From the NCBI RefSeq assembly GCF_009914755.1, contig NC_060925.1: a DNA stretch of 64,000 nucleotides. One strand, written 5' to 3'. The stretch is from the human T2T-CHM13v2.0 reference genome, Homo sapiens. The notes below the pieces were generated by a model. It had not been told where the DNA came from. It ran no database searches and saw only the letters and a program-made list of their open reading frames with translations. The stretch's first letter is position 1, and every line of letters begins with the position of its first letter. Below, one piece after another: positions 32,135 through 53,459 of this stretch. The position numbers and the translations under genes are program-made.

Positions 32135-32575
32135 GTATATCTTCTTTTTTAATGTACTTTTTTAAAAAAATTAAACCTAGGTGAGATTTCTTTTAAGTGC
32201 TTTGCTTTGCTTTACTTTGGGTCAAACCTGGATGTGTGCATGTATGCTCATTTCATTTGAATCTTATAGGAAATTCTCACACAGGAATAGTGGGAGAAGA
32301 GTTCTTTTACAATGGCGGAGTCACAAGAAGTGCAGTCTCCTTTGGATTCTGTGACAGAAGCAGATGCTCACAGATTTTTAGAGTGTCTTCTTTCAGCAAC
32401 ACAGCATAAGGAGCAGTGCCACTCTTTAGAAGGTGTCCTTGGAAGTATTGTTCTGAGCTAGAACAAAAAAAAGATTTGGCTTTCTTCTTGAAAATAACAG
32501 GCACCAGGGGGCTGAGGCAGAAAGGTTTGTGCTGTGCAAGCCTCGAATCAGTGCATTCTTTATTTTATTTTTTGA

Positions 32576-32680
<105 letters not shown>

Positions 32681-33102
32681 TAGGACTACAGGCGCATGCC
32701 ACCACGCCTGGCTAATTTTTGTATTTTTGGTAGAGACGGGGTTTCGCCATGTTGCCCAGGCTGGTCTCAAACTACTGAGTTCAGGCGATCCACCTGCCTC
32801 GGCCATCTAAAGTGCTGGGATTATAGGTGTATGCCACTGTGCCCAGCCTGAGTAATTATTTTTAACTTCACTGATTTTTTTAATTGGAATTTAATTTTTT
32901 ATAAATTTTGAAGATCTCTGAGAAGTATTTCAAATTGATATTACAGTTTTTTTTTCTTCTTTGGTTTTATCATAGTCATTTGTTTATGAACAGATCTTGT
33001 TGAACTGCTTTGTTTTCCTAAAGAAATAAAGGTCTTCGAGGCTGGGCATAGTGGCTCACGTCTGTAATCCCAACACTTTGGGAGCCTGAGGTGGGTGGAT
33101 CA

Positions 33103-33300
<198 letters not shown>

Positions 33301-34010
33301 TCAAAAAAAAAAAAAAAGAAAAGAGAGAGAGAGAGATAAAGGTCTTTGAAAGGAGAAATAAGAAGGAATCTGTCTCTTTCCAGAAAGCTAAACTATACAT
33401 TAAATACAAGCTTGCTTTTACCTGTGCAGATCTTAGATCTTATCACCTGTTAATTGGGCCCAGTGACCTGCCATAAAACCCTTTAGTCATTTGGCATTTA
33501 CTTTTGGACCACATTGAGCAGCTGCACATTTACCCCCTTCCTGCATCTTGCTAGAATGCCTAATAAGGCATGTTATTCCCAAACAACCTGTTAAACTGGT
33601 GATAGGCAAAAGAGGAGCGGAAAGGCAGCACAGAAACATTCTGGGTAGCAGAATGCTTATCCCCAAGGTAGATAAACCATAAACTGACCATCCTTCTCCT
33701 ATGACACATTTAACACCCTAAGTTCTTGGGATAATTATTCTTTGGAGGGCATTATTATACTTTGCTTTTGAAATAGCCAGCTATGTAGATAAGGACAGTG
33801 GGAAGGCTGCAGAGTTAGCCCCCATGTTTTAACACGTTCTGCTGGCCTGCTGTTGCCTCCACAAAGCTCCTCCAGAATGTTTGCAGTCACCCGTTCACTT
33901 CATGATAACTGGATACAGACAGAACATGGGTCAGCTTCTAAGGCCTTTTGACCTGGACCCAGAGCTTAGCAGACTGCCCCAGCTGTTTGCACTTTCAATA
34001 GACTGGTGGG

Positions 34011-34092
34011 CTGGGACCCAGACACCTTTTGATGGCACCAGAACATACAGCTGGGAGCCAGACACCCTGACGGGGCACCAGAACATACAGCT
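34011..34092. repeat. Diverged 40-bp tandem duplication
   Basis: ctggga(c/g)ccagacacc...ggcaccagaacatacag x2. Confidence 0.85.
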
Positions 34093-34494
34093 AAGAGTAA
34101 AATGGCTGTGCATTGCTGGTGAATTTTTAAAAGAACCCACCAGCATCCACACAGTGGGACAAGAGTAGTGGGAATAAAGAATGGACTGTGGCTCACACAG
34201 AATGCCCTCTCAAAGGTCCCATTGAAAGAGGTCCTTTAGGAAGCACCCATAGAAGTAGAAACATTGTAAGGAATAGATATTGAATATTCTTCATGTATTT
34301 CGTTACTTACAGAATGGCACACCTAAAAATGAAAAGCTCTGAATTTAAAAAAAAAAAAAAAAAAAGACAAATTTCTAAGCCTTATCCAGTGGCCCACTTA
34401 GCGCAGTCAGTCTTACTAAAAGAATATTCCAGGCCGGGTGCGGTGGCTCATGCCTGTAATCCCAGCACTTTGGGAGGCCGAGGCAGGCAGATCA

Positions 34495-34868
<374 letters not shown>

Positions 34869-34889
34869 CTAAAAATAAATTTTTTTTTA

Positions 34890-35213
<324 letters not shown>

Positions 35214-35275
35214 TTATTATTATTATTTAAATAGTCCCAAAGGATTTATTATAAGATTTACTTTGGTGAGTTTTA

Positions 35276-35594
<319 letters not shown>

Positions 35595-35677
35595 TTAGGA
35601 TACCAAAAAGATCACATGAAAATCTATACCTTTCAAAATTCCTGTGGGGGAAATGTGTAACTCAGTATCAGAATTCA

Positions 35678-36002
<325 letters not shown>

Positions 36003-37000
36003 CTAAGAAATTATTTAATTCAACCCCTCCAGAAATTATTTAATTCAGCCCCTTATAACTCCTACACACCCAAAGTGCCTGCGAATGATCACTGGCACTT
36101 TGGGCGTATAGAAGTTGAGACAGTCAATATGACTAATAGGCTGTCAAGTCCTTCCGTTTTCTTTCAGGTATCCGGTTGAAAACTTAAAAATCCAAGCCAG
36201 GAGGGGGATGATGGCTCATGCCTGTAATCCCAGCACTGTGGGAGGCCAAGGCAGGTGGATCACCTGAGGTCAGGAGTTAAAGACCAGCCTGGCCAACATG
36301 GCAAAACCCCATCTCTACAAAATATACAAAAATTAGCCGGGCATGGTGGCAGGTGCCTCCAATCCCAGCTACTCAGGAGGCTGAGGCAGGAGAAAGGCTT
36401 GAACCTGGAAGGCGGAGGTTGCAGTTAGCCAAGATCATGCCATTGCAGTCCAGCCTGGGCAACAGAGTGAGACTCTGTCTCCAAAAAAAAAAAAAAAAAA
36501 AAAAAATCCAAGCCAGCCTTAGGTCTTAGTCCCTTCAGCAGCTGAATGTTACCCTAAGCCAATAAGAGATTGACCTAAACACTTCAGCAACTCTAAAAAT
36601 TTCAGGAGCAGTTTTTCAGAGCCTATGAAATCTGAGCCATGAACTCGGTTGTCACTAGTGTTTTATTTTATTATATTACCACCACGTTGAGTAAATGCCA
36701 TATGTCATACATTTAATCCTTAGAACAGGCCACAAGGTAGATAGTAGATGCCCATTTTACGGCATCTGAGAAGACTAAGTGACCAACTTGGGACAAATAG
36801 CAAGTGAGTAAAGAGCCACAATTACAAAGTAGGTAGAGGTTTTCAAGCCATGCATTTATTTCTTTTTTACCTTTTTCCCTGTAGTCTACAAATGCGGCAT
36901 TGGTAAAGTAGGAGAGTAGATACATATCAGTAAGTGCTCATCAACCAAGCACTGCAACACTGGAAGAAGTCCAAATCCTAGAAAGTTAAAAAATCATCCT

Positions 37001-37604
<604 letters not shown>

Positions 37605-37827
37605 TTAAAAATTCTTTCCTTGCATTACTAAAAAAGATAAATAGCTTAACATAGTTTTTAAAAAATTAATTTACACAGATATCTGAGATTTACTGAAGCC
37701 CTTAAATCTTAGCATGTAAAATTTAATAAAATCAACTTTGCCTAGTAATTCTGATTTTATCCAGTAAAATTACTTGTTTAATTTTGTCTTTAATACAGTT
37801 GACACATTACTTTCTTAAAAGATTTGA

Positions 37828-38151
<324 letters not shown>

Positions 38152-39553
38152 TAATATTTAGTTTTGATATTTTGCCCACAGTATAGACCTGATTTCGAAT
38201 ACTTTTTTTTTTTTTTTTTTCCTGAGACAGAGCTCACTCTGTCACCCAGTCTGGAGTGCAGTGGCACTATCTCAGCTCACTCCAACCTCTGCAGGTTCAA
38301 GTGATCCTCCTGCCTCAGCCTCCCGAGGAGCTGGGACCACAGGCATAAGCCACCACACCTGGCTAATTTTTTGTAGAGACAGTTTCACCATGTTGCCCAG
38401 GCTGGTCTCAAACTCCTGAGCTCAAGCAATCCTCTCGCCTGAGATTCCCAAAGTGCTGGGATTACAGGCATGAGCCACTGCACCCAGCAGGTTTTGAATA
38501 TTCTTTATTGCACATTCATTTAGAAATTCCACCATTCTCACGGTTTAGAAAACCTGTCTGATTCCCCAGCACCTCAGGACCTCCAAGCTGCACATGGACA
38601 CAGATCTCAGGAGCGTTAGTGCCTCCTAGCTCGGCTTCTGATTGAGTCGGTCGAGGGCCAAGTGCCTGTGGGCTTTGGTTGCCCACTGAAGTTTGACCTC
38701 ATTTAGAGGATTCTTCTGGCACTGACTTTTCAAGGGACTGAAACAGTTACCCCTACAGATGGTGAAACCTCCTGTAAATCATTTTTTAAGGTCTTTTCTT
38801 CCCTTACCAGTCCAAAATGTTTCTAGTAATATCGTGGCATTTTTAGATATGCAGCTTTAGAGTGAAAAAACCCTGAAGTTTCACTGGCTTTGTGCCGTTT
38901 TGAGGAACTATGCATGACTGAGTATATAATAAAAGTAGTCATTTAGAAACCTATTTAGATGATCAAAGATAAAGTGGAAGGTTTTGAATATATTACAAAA
39001 TTTTAGAGATGCTACACTCGTATATATTTATATGTAGATAACAGCTTTATTGAGATATAATTCACTTACCATACAATTCACCCATTTAAAGACTACACTT
39101 ATTTTTGACAGATCACAGTGCTGATAGCTTAATAATGCAATGGGAACTCTGTATAATGGTGGTATTTGCAGTAAGACTAACACCAGATTCAGTTCTATCT
39201 GCCTTTTTCTGTATATTACGTTTTCATGAATAGGACATGATATGACATCCAATTCCATTTAATACTAAATAGTGAAATAAGGTTCTACTTGTATTAAAAG
39301 CAGTGTATCAGTACATTTCTACTAGTATGTTATTTAGATTATCCATAATTATAGTTACTATTCAACCATTATTATTCAAACAGCATATCTTACTTTTTTC
39401 CTAATTTAAAACATTACCTAGAAAAAACTTAATTGGTAGTTTTTAAAGTTACTCTTTTAATATGCACACCAGACAGATGTTAGAGGTTTTAATATCAATT
39501 TAATATAAACTGTGTTTTACCCTGGATTAAACTGAAATGTTTCTTGTTTGTAG

Positions 39554-39700
39554 GGAGCAGCTGCAGATGACGGCCGATTAAAACGAGGGGATCAGATTTT
39601 AGCTGTTAATGGCGAGACCCTGGAAGGTGTTACTCATGAGCAAGCAGTCGCCATTCTAAAACACCAGAGAGGGACTGTAACCTTAACTGTGCTGTCATGA
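39554..39700 (+). CDS. PATJ: PATJ terminal coding exon. With the cassette: GAAADDGRLKRGDQILAVNGETLEGVTHEQAVAILKHQRGTVTLTVLS*. Without it: (E)EQLQMTAD*, stop 39579-39581
   Basis: Acceptor tttgtag|, TGA at 39698-39700. The alternative frame reproduces the recalled 10-PDZ PATJ C-terminus EDTEEQLQMTAD. Confidence 0.95.
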   Translation, partial: GAAADDGRLKRGDQILAVNGETLEGVTHEQAVAILKHQRGTVTLTVLS

Positions 39701-39927
39701 GCCTCGGGCCTGATCACAAGATAGATGTTGTTGTTTAGAATATCCACAGGCAGATGAAGTTCTGAGTGGGTATGAAAAGCACCCTCAACTAAAATGCACC
39801 TTCATTCTTATTTCTTGCCCTCTCTGCTCAGGAGAAATGGCTGAGGTTTCATGTGAATTTCCCAAATCAACAATCATCTCCTAATGTTTCCCAGTTCCTG
39901 TCACCTGTTGGCGAGGTTGATTTCTAA

Positions 39928-40312
<385 letters not shown>

Positions 40313-41312
40313 TGATTATATTTACCAAAACTGGAGTTAACTTCTCTTTCCTTATACTCTTCTCTCCCTATCCCCTACTCACACCGAGGCTTAACAGCAA
40401 CCTCAGATCTCATCCAATGGACAGAAACAAATGTTAAGCAACTTGTCATCTCACTCATGATTTACTTATGCTAATTGTCTCTTCAAGTAAGCAAGAAAAC
40501 ATTAGCAGTGTAATTAATTTACCAGTGATCCCCAAGATGAAATACCAGATTCTCCTATGGGAAATTACTGTGCTGTCTTCTGTATGACTTATGGTCAAAT
40601 AAGTCTCAAATTCATTTCTCTGGATAGATCTTTATATGCTAGTCATTGGTGATTTTGATGAGTCAATTTACAGACTGTAATCTTCTAAAAATTCTGAAAG
40701 ACTAATTGTTTTCTGTGCCATATAAATGCATACCACTGAGCAAATGAACCTTATTCTCAGCAGGAACAACTAGCATACATGTTCTGAATTCTAACAGTGC
40801 TAAATTACATTCAAGTCCAGGAAGATCACCTGGAATTAATGGCATTTCAGTTGGCAGGCATCATTCCCACCCCTCGGTCTTAGGAAAAGGAGGTAGAAGC
40901 CCCAGAACCACACGGCAGAGATCAGCAAGTTTTGTCTCAAGTCAGACAAGGTCTAGGTGGCCTTGGCCTTATGCAAAGTGGGTGACATATTTGATTATAT
41001 TTCCCTTTACCTCCATAGTAGTCAGGCCAGCAGCATGGACTGCAAGAACCTAAGGGAGCAACATACTTAGCTGCAAAGTGAGCAAATGAATTGAGCCTAG
41101 GAATATGTGATGAAAATGCATGGCTGATGTTTCCTGATCTCCAAGGAGACTCCCATTTGCTGAAGTTTTGCATGCTAAGAAATCAACTACAGCAGAAAAT
41201 ACAAGAATACCTTTAAGTTGATTATTGGCAATCTTATTCATATATTAGCAAGAAAAAGGGAGAGATGCTTACTGGTGGATGCTATAGAGTCCTCTGTTTT
41301 TAAAAGTACCAT

Positions 41313-41660
<348 letters not shown>

Positions 41661-42042
41661 CTACAACACAATGCTGCAAATATTTCACAGTAATTATCAA
41701 AATTTAATGGGCTCTAATTTAAAATGTTATTTAATAAGTATAGATTTTAATTGAGAATTATCTTTGAGTAGATGTAATCACAAAGTGCATTAACTCTTGT
41801 TGGAATATTTTATGGCTATTCCAAAGTATAGAGTGCCTAAATTTTGTGTTGAAAATGTCTTTCATGACGGTATTAAGTTTTCTGAAATTACACATGGCTT
41901 TTAAAATTTCTAATGTATCCAAGATGTGCAATGTTGTTAGGATCTCATTCTTCAGTGCATGAAAAGCTACTACCCTCAGAACATTTTGTGTTAATTGTAC
42001 CTGCAAGAACACCTCAGGCAAGCCAAGAAGAAATGAAACCCA

Positions 42043-42545
42043 AATAAAACTTGAAAATGCACCTTAAAAATATATATACATATAATAGTTTTGAAATGGG
42101 ATTCTGCTTTATTTTGATGGAATGGCCATTAAATACACATTTTGAGATAATACATTGTTGTGGTGTTTCTTTATACATTATCCTTTTAGGTCGTGCTAGT
42201 AAAAGTATATTGATGAAGGAATTATGATGCTTTATACTTCTTACTGCACTAAATTGATAGAACTAGTACTTGTCATAATCGGTTCTGTCTCCGCTCACAT
42301 GACTAATACGTAATTGCCTTTCCAAAAAGATATTTTTGCCTCAGAACTTACTGACAAGCTGAGAGGCTATGAAGATGGAAATTTGTGAAAGAAGTAGTGC
42401 TCTTATATTTGGCCTCATCATTTGGGCCATTTCAGTATAGTAATGATATCACTAATCGGAATTAGCATGAGAGGGAAGTAAGCCAGGAAGAATAAAACTG
42501 CTGAATGTTTGTATGTGTAAGATATTTCCAAAGATTCTAAATAAA
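42043..42545 (+). terminator. Cluster of candidate PATJ polyadenylation signals
   Basis: AATAAA at 42043, 42491 and 42540, ATTAAA at 42128, with T/GT-rich sequence downstream. Confidence 0.65.
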
Positions 42546-44807
42546 TGTAGTTGCCTACAGAGCAAATGGAGTTTTATTATATATGAAAAAGTGTACTTTC
42601 TGGATCTAATTGTGCTTTTTCTTCAGCATTTTCTTCCCTAATAGAAAAAAAAAAAAAGTCCAACTTTTCACAAGGTTTTTTGGTGTCCTGTTAAAATCTG
42701 GAATCCATGGTGGCTCACGCCTGTAATCCCAACACGTTAGGAGGCCGAGGCAGATGGATCACCTAGGTCAGGAGTTCAAGACCAGCCTGGCCAACATGGC
42801 AAAACCCTGTCTCTACTAAAAATACAAAAATTAGGATGGGCGCAGTGGCTCAGGATCCATGCCGCCATGCCCAGCCAACCTCTAATGTTTCTTTCCTGGC
42901 CCTTTCATGCATGTGCAGGTGAGTATTTGACAAAGAGGCGATCTCCATGGCTCTGTCAACCTACAGCTCCCTCCTTTCCAGACACTACATGTTCTAGCCA
43001 ACTTGGCTGGCCTCCCTGAACGTGAATCTCTTTCTCCTCTACTCGTGGACTCTGTGTGAGTTTCCCCTTCCTGAGTGTGACATGGATACTGCCTCCAGGG
43101 ATAAAACTGGGACAGTTGTAGAATTTACCTTGTTTTCCTTCTTGCAGGGATCAAAATCCTATGCTGCCTGTTATCTGATGTCTAAAAATGTTTCATATAT
43201 TATGTCCATTTTTCTAGTTGTTTACTACAGTGGGAGGGCAATTCCCAGAGCACCTTATCCTTCATGCGGAAGCAAAAGTCCTGTATCCTTGATGCTACTG
43301 GGAATAAATGTCTCACAATATGATTATTCAATCTCATGTAAGCATTTTACACTTAAGGGAGCGCTCTACCAATAAGGTCCCTGGTTTCTCCTAACTTCTA
43401 GAATTGAGAGCCCATTTGACTCAGTGGTTGGCATCCTTCCCCAACCCCTGTTCACAGCCACACCTGCCCAGGTGACCTAGGGAAGATATCCCCTCTTCAG
43501 GAATACTCATTATCAGGATCAGAACGACAGCCATTTCTTTTTCTTTTTTTGAGATTTGCTCTGTCGCCCAGGCTGGAGTGCAGTGGTGTGATCTTGGCTT
43601 ACTGCAACCTCTGCCTCCCGGGTTCAAGCAGTTCTCCTGTCTAGCCTCCTAAGTAACTGGGACTACAGTCACGTGCCACCATGCCCAGCTAATTTTTGAA
43701 TTTTTAGTAGAGACAGGGTTTCACCATATTGGCCAGGCTGGTCTGGAACTCCTGACCTTGTGATCTGCCCACCTCAGGCTCCAAAAGTGCTAGGATTACA
43801 GGCGTGAGTCACTGTGCCTGGCCTACAGCCTTCTTTTCATGGGAGATTCAGTAACATTTCCTTTCCTTACAGCATTGGTTTTCAAGTTTCAAAGTAAGCA
43901 CATGAAACAGTTGTTTCCTGAACCATAGGTAAGTCTTAATTCTTTCTTTCCTTCCTTCCTTCTTTCCTTTCCTTTTCTTTTTTCTTTTCTTGTTCTTTTT
44001 TTTTTTAAGACAAGGATCTTGCTATGTTGCCCAGGCTGGCCTTGAACTCCTGGGCTCAAGCAATCCTTGCACTTCAACATCCTGTGTAATTGAGACTGCA
44101 AGTGCACGCCACCTTGTCTGGCACAACTAAAATTTTTTGCACCCAATTTTCTTAATTTTATGTTTTATTTATATTTTTTCTATTAAAGTCAACCAGAACA
44201 GTGAGTTTTTTTTTTAACACAAAAATTTAAATTTAGGTTATAGTCTCAGTTGTATGCCAGCCTAGTGCAAATGTTAAGTTTTTGACAGCTTGACTTTCAA
44301 TCTTCAGATGCTCTATATTTAAGTAAAGATAAAAAAAAAACATTTCACTCTCTACACAATCCCAAGATAAACTGACATTTGGAAGAGTCATGTGTGTGTG
44401 TGTGTTTGACGGTGTATAAAAGACTCTCACCCCTGCCTTGCCTGAGCAGCATATCCATTTCCAGTCATGTGAAGGAGGAAGCAAGAAAGTTGCTTTGGTC
44501 TTGGGTCCCTGAGAGATTGCTGTTGGGTATCAGGACCTATGCTTGGCAAAATTATACAGGAACAAACATGTATCTGATCCTCCTTCTAGAATCAGTTTTT
44601 TTGAAATGGAGGCAACCTCAGAACTGGGAGTCGGTCCTGCCTGCTACACCACTCCTCCCATTTTACAAGTGGGAGACGCGTGCCAGAGAAAGGAAGTGAC
44701 TATCCCAGTCCCCCACTAGCTTGCAGTCCTAAGAGTTTTCCAATAAACCTTAGTGGGAATTCACCAACTTAGCAAACTACGGTAGAGTACTCACACATGG
44801 CTACTAA

Positions 44808-45023
<216 letters not shown>

Positions 45024-45359
45024 TAGAGATGGGGCTCTCGCTGTGTTAAGACTATTTTTAAGGGCAGTTTTGGCCAGGCACGGTGGCTCACACCTGTAAT
45101 CTCAACACTTTGGGAGGCCGAGGTGGGAGGATCACTTGAGCCCAGGAGTTTGAGACCAGCTTGGCTAACATGGTGAAACCCCATCTCTACAAAAAATACA
45201 AAAATTAGCCAGGCATGATGGCGTGTGCCTATAGTCTCAGCTACTCGGGAGGCTGAGGTGGGAGGATTGCTTGAGCCTGGTAGGTTGAGGCTATGGTGAG
45301 CTGTGTTTGCACCACTGCACTTCAGCCTGGGTCACAAAGTAAGACCCTGTCTGCGAAAA

Positions 45360-46165
<806 letters not shown>

Positions 46166-47273
46166 CAGCCTGAATTTGTAAGTTTATTTCAGTTTTCCCT
46201 CAACACAACCACAAGATTTGGTTCCACAATACAAGCACAAGATTAAAATAAAGAGTAGAAGAAAACAAACAAATGAAAAAAGGACACATCTTTTGGATGT
46301 AGACAAAGAAGACCTAGTCTATCCACTCACCGTATATCTCCACATCCTGGGAAGAATTTCCAAGGCCAGGCACTCTGGATACCCTCCCCCCTCATGGTTT
46401 AAACCTTCTTCTTCTCTAGATAGACATAGTTGATGACAGATGAGGTGTTTCAATGGCTCCTCCTGCCTAATGGCTTTACTGGGCATGCCCCCAGCATTAC
46501 TCTCCCAGGAGAACAGAAGAAACGGTAATGTCTTAAAGGGACTCCGTCATTCAACTCCTCTCAACCCCAGAGCCATGTGTTACTCTTTGGGGAACTTCAG
46601 GATAGCTGTCTGAAAACAGTCCAGGGAGGCTAAAGTGGAGGATCACTTGAACCCAGGAGTTCGAGATCAGCTAGGGCAACATAGTGAGACCTGATCTCCA
46701 CAAAAAGTAAATTAGGCTGGGCTCAGTAGCTCACATGTGTAATCCCAACACTTTGGGAGACTGAGGTGGACGGATTGCTTGAGCACAGGAGTTTGAGACC
46801 AGCTTAGGCAACATGGCAAGACCCTGTCTCTACAAAAAACACAAAAATGAGCTGGGCCTGGTGGCACACCTGTAGTCCCAGCTACTCCGGAGGCTAAGGT
46901 GGTAGAATCACCTCAGCCCAGGGATATTGAGGCTGCAGTGAGCCTTGATCGTGCACTACAGCCTGGGTGACACAGTAAGGCCCCCATCTGAAAAATAATA
47001 AATTACTTAAAAAATCAGCCTGGCACAGTGGCACGCACCTGCAGCCCCACCTACTTTGGAGGCTGAGGTGAGAGGATCGCTTGAGCCTGGAAGTCGAGGC
47101 TGCAGTAAGCGATGATCACACACTGCACTCCAGCCTGGGCAACAGAGTGAGACCCTGTTCCTCCTCTCCCACTCCCCCCAAAAAGAAAAGAAACATACTC
47201 CAGTGGCCCCCATGCCATGAGGAATAAGATTCACCTGTTCTTAAAGACAGAGCAGAAACTTCCTGACCAACAT

Positions 47274-47660
47274 TGTATTAGTCAGTGTTCTCCAGAGAAA
47301 CTGAACCGAGAGGATTTGTATGTATTCAGAAAGATTTATCATAAGGAATTAGCTTTTGCAGTTACGGATGTGGGCAAGTCCAAAATCTACACTGTGGGCC
47401 AGCAGGCTCAAGACCCAGAAGATAATTTTCTGTGAAGAATGTTTCACAGCTGGGCATGGTGGCACGTGCCCGAAGTCCCAGCTACTCCAGAGGCTGAGGG
47501 TGGGAGGATCACTTGAGCCCAGGAGGCAGAAGCTGCAGTGATCTGAGATGGCGCCACTGTACCCCAGCCTGGGAGAAAGATCGAGACCCTATCTCAACAA
47601 CAAACAAAGCAAACAAAAAAAGGAACATTGATCTCATCCAAAAACACCCTCCAAATTCAC
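47274..47660 (-). mobile_element. MLT2-type ERVL LTR fragment interrupted by an Alu monomer
   Basis: tgtattagtcagtgttctccagagaaac...ataaggaattagc resembles an MLT2 end. Confidence 0.55.
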
Positions 47661-48410
47661 AGATCAAGCATCAGACATCATGAGACCTTGAACAGACCCC
47701 TCTAGGGACGGCCTTGCCTTAGGGAAAGTGCAGAAGTGTCCACTATCCTTGTTTACAACCCCTTTCCAGCCTCCCGCCCCCTCTGGTGTCCACAACTGTG
47801 GTGCAGTCACCATCATCACTTCTACCATCCCAGAACCCTCAGGAGCAGATGGCTTGAGATCTTGCCTCTGCCACCCCACCACCCAAGGACCCTAAGTATT
47901 TGTATACCTAATTAGGTGGCTTCTCAGTGGACTCAGGGTCAAGTCTAAACTCAGCATGGATGTTAGGCTCTTCATAATTTAGCTTCCACCTTAACCTCCA
48001 GCAGTCGTGTTAACTCTCGTCTCACTAAGCACTTATCCCAGGATAAGCCGGACTCTCACACCCTTAGGCCTTTGCGCACACTATCCATTGGCATAGACAG
48101 CACTGCTGCTCAAGATGTGACTGCAGACCACCATCATCAGCATCACCTAGGAGAGGTGCAAATGTATGCCCTAGCCTAGACCAACTGCATCAGAATCTCT
48201 GGGGTAGGGCCAAAAAATCTGAGTTTTAACAAGCTCTTCTGGTGATTCTAAACACTAAACTTTGAAAGCCTGGAGAACACTCCCCTTTTTTTCCAGTCTG
48301 TGGTCATTCACAAATTGCCGAGTTCTTTTCTGCCTCCAGTGGCTAAAGGCAGAAAGAAACACAAGGCTCCTTCCTTGCTGCCTTGCCACTGGAGGTATTT
48401 TACCTGTTAG

Positions 48411-48662
<252 letters not shown>

Positions 48663-49612
48663 TGAACTCCTGGGCTCCAGTGATCTTCCTACATCAGCCT
48701 CCCAAAGTGCTGGGATTACAGGCGTGAGCCAGCACACCCAGACTGAACTTCTTTCTTTTTTTTTTATTAAAACAGGGTCTCACTCTGCCACCCAGGCTAG
48801 TGTGCAGTGGTGAGACTAGGATTCATTGCACCCTCGACCTCCTTGGCTCAAATAACACTCCTGCCTCAGCCTGCTGAGTAGCTAGGACTACAGGTACACA
48901 CCACCACAGTGGGCTTTTTAAAATTTTTTGTAGAGACGAGGTCTTACTATGTTGCTCAGGCTGGTCTAAAACTCCTGGCCTCAAGCGATCCTCCCACTCA
49001 ACCTCCCAAAGTGCCAGGATTACAGTTATGAGCCACCATGCCCAGGTGTATGAACATTTGTTAGCAGACAGGTACAACACACAGCCCCACCTGTCCAAAA
49101 AGCACAAACCTGACAGGGTGCGGTGGCTCATGCCTGTAATCTCAGCACTTTGGGGCCGAGGCGGGTGGATCACTTGAGGTCAGGAGTTTCAGACCCGCCA
49201 GGCCAACATGGTGAAACCTCGTCTGTACTAAAAATACAAAAATTAGCCGGGCTTGGGGGCGCCTGTAAATCCCAGCTATTCGGGAAGCTGAGGCAGGAGG
49301 ATCTTGAACCCGGAAGGCAGAGGTTCCAGTGAGCTGAGATTGCACCACTGCACTCCAGCCTGGATGACAGAGTGAGACTCGGTCTCAAAAAAAAAAAAAA
49401 GAAATAGCACAAACCTGCTGCTCTTTTTAGGGCAGTGGTTCTTAACCTGGGCTATTCATTCAAATCACCTGGGGATATTTTAAAGGCTCAATGCCCAAGC
49501 ACACCCCAGAGTAGGGGGAGAAAGGGAGAAATCTAAGAACCGGTATTTTTTTTTTTAAAGCTCCTCAAGGAGTTACAGGAAATTTCACTCCCAGGCAAAC
49601 AACATTCAGACT

Positions 49613-50950
<1,338 letters not shown>

Positions 50951-51790
50951 TAACTCTTCCGGAAGAGATGAGACCTTGAGAGAGGGAATGCAGAGCTGAG
51001 AATTCCAGACCTAAAGAGCTACCTGGAAGGTACTGGTCTTTAGACCCTAAGTCGCTGTTTAATCATCTTCATAGGCTAGAAATGAAGTCAGTCCAGGCTT
51101 GGGCCACATCCTCCCAAACTCACTCTCTTCCTTCCAACTTTCCACTGTAGCACTGCAGCTGATTGTCTCTGGAACCATCCAGACCAATGGAGAAAAACAT
51201 GTTCATTTAGCTGAGTCCTCAGTAGGAACCAGACAGGAGGGGAGGGAAGGCAGAAAAGGCCTGGCTGTAGTGCCAGCATTCCTGACCTCCAGTGTGGCCA
51301 GAGCCTCAGGTCAGTTTCAACCCCAGCCAGGTTATTAACTGACAGTACGGGAAGGTGGACGTGATCCTCATACCTGTTGGTGCTTTGTCTCTGACTATGA
51401 CCAGGTTCCATTGCCTTCTAATCCCAGCTTTTCCATTGGCCAGTTAGATCCATTTGCCTGGCCTGGACATTGAGCAACAAGATACAGATGTGAGGGTTTC
51501 AGGGTTTGGCCATGGATTTCAGTCCTCGGGTGCCCCCCCGCCCCCACCCTGCCCATATCCTGCTCCTTTCCAATGTCTGCACTCTGAAGGAGACTTGTTG
51601 CTAGAATTTATCATTTTGAGTACTCTAAGTAAGATTGCTATTATAGGATACACTTAGAAAATGCTAGCAGAGGCCGGGCACGGTGGCTCACGCCTGTAAT
51701 CCCAGCACTTTGGGAGGCCGAGGCGAGCAGACCATGAGATCAGGAGATCGAAATCATCCTGGCTAACATGGTGAAACCCCGTCTCTACTA

Positions 51791-51973
<183 letters not shown>

Positions 51974-52015
51974 CTAGCAGATTTAGTGGTCGTTTTTTTT
52001 TTTTTTTTTTTTTGA

Positions 52016-52300
<285 letters not shown>

Positions 52301-52445
52301 TAACAGTAATTAAAATTGATTTGTAGGCCAGGCGTGGTGGCTCATGCCTGTAATCCCAGCACTTTGGGAGGCCAAGGCGGGCAGATCACTTAAGATCGGG
52401 AGTTCAAGACCAGCCTGACCAACATGGAGAAACTCGCCTCTACTA

Positions 52446-52640
<195 letters not shown>

Positions 52641-52935
52641 TTAGGAACAGTGGCTCATGCCTGTAATCCTAGCACTTTGGAGGCCGAGGCGGGAGGACTG
52701 AATGAGTCCAGGAGTTTGAGGCTGTAGTGTGCTGTGATCACACCTGTGAAAAACCACTGTACCCCAGCCTCAGCAGCATAGTGAAACTGTCTCTTATTAA
52801 AAAATGACATGAGGCCAGGCAAGGTGGTTCACGCCTGTAAATCCCCAGCACTTTGGGAGGCCGAAGTGGGCAGATCACTTGAGGTTGGGAGTTCAAGACC
52901 ACCCTGACCAACGTGGAGCAATCCCGTCTCTATTA

Positions 52936-53459
<524 letters not shown>

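Noticed and set aside
34388-34415. gtggcccacttagcgcagtcagtct, resembling a tRNA 5' or A-box fragment
   Set aside because: Too short, with no B-box or cloverleaf.
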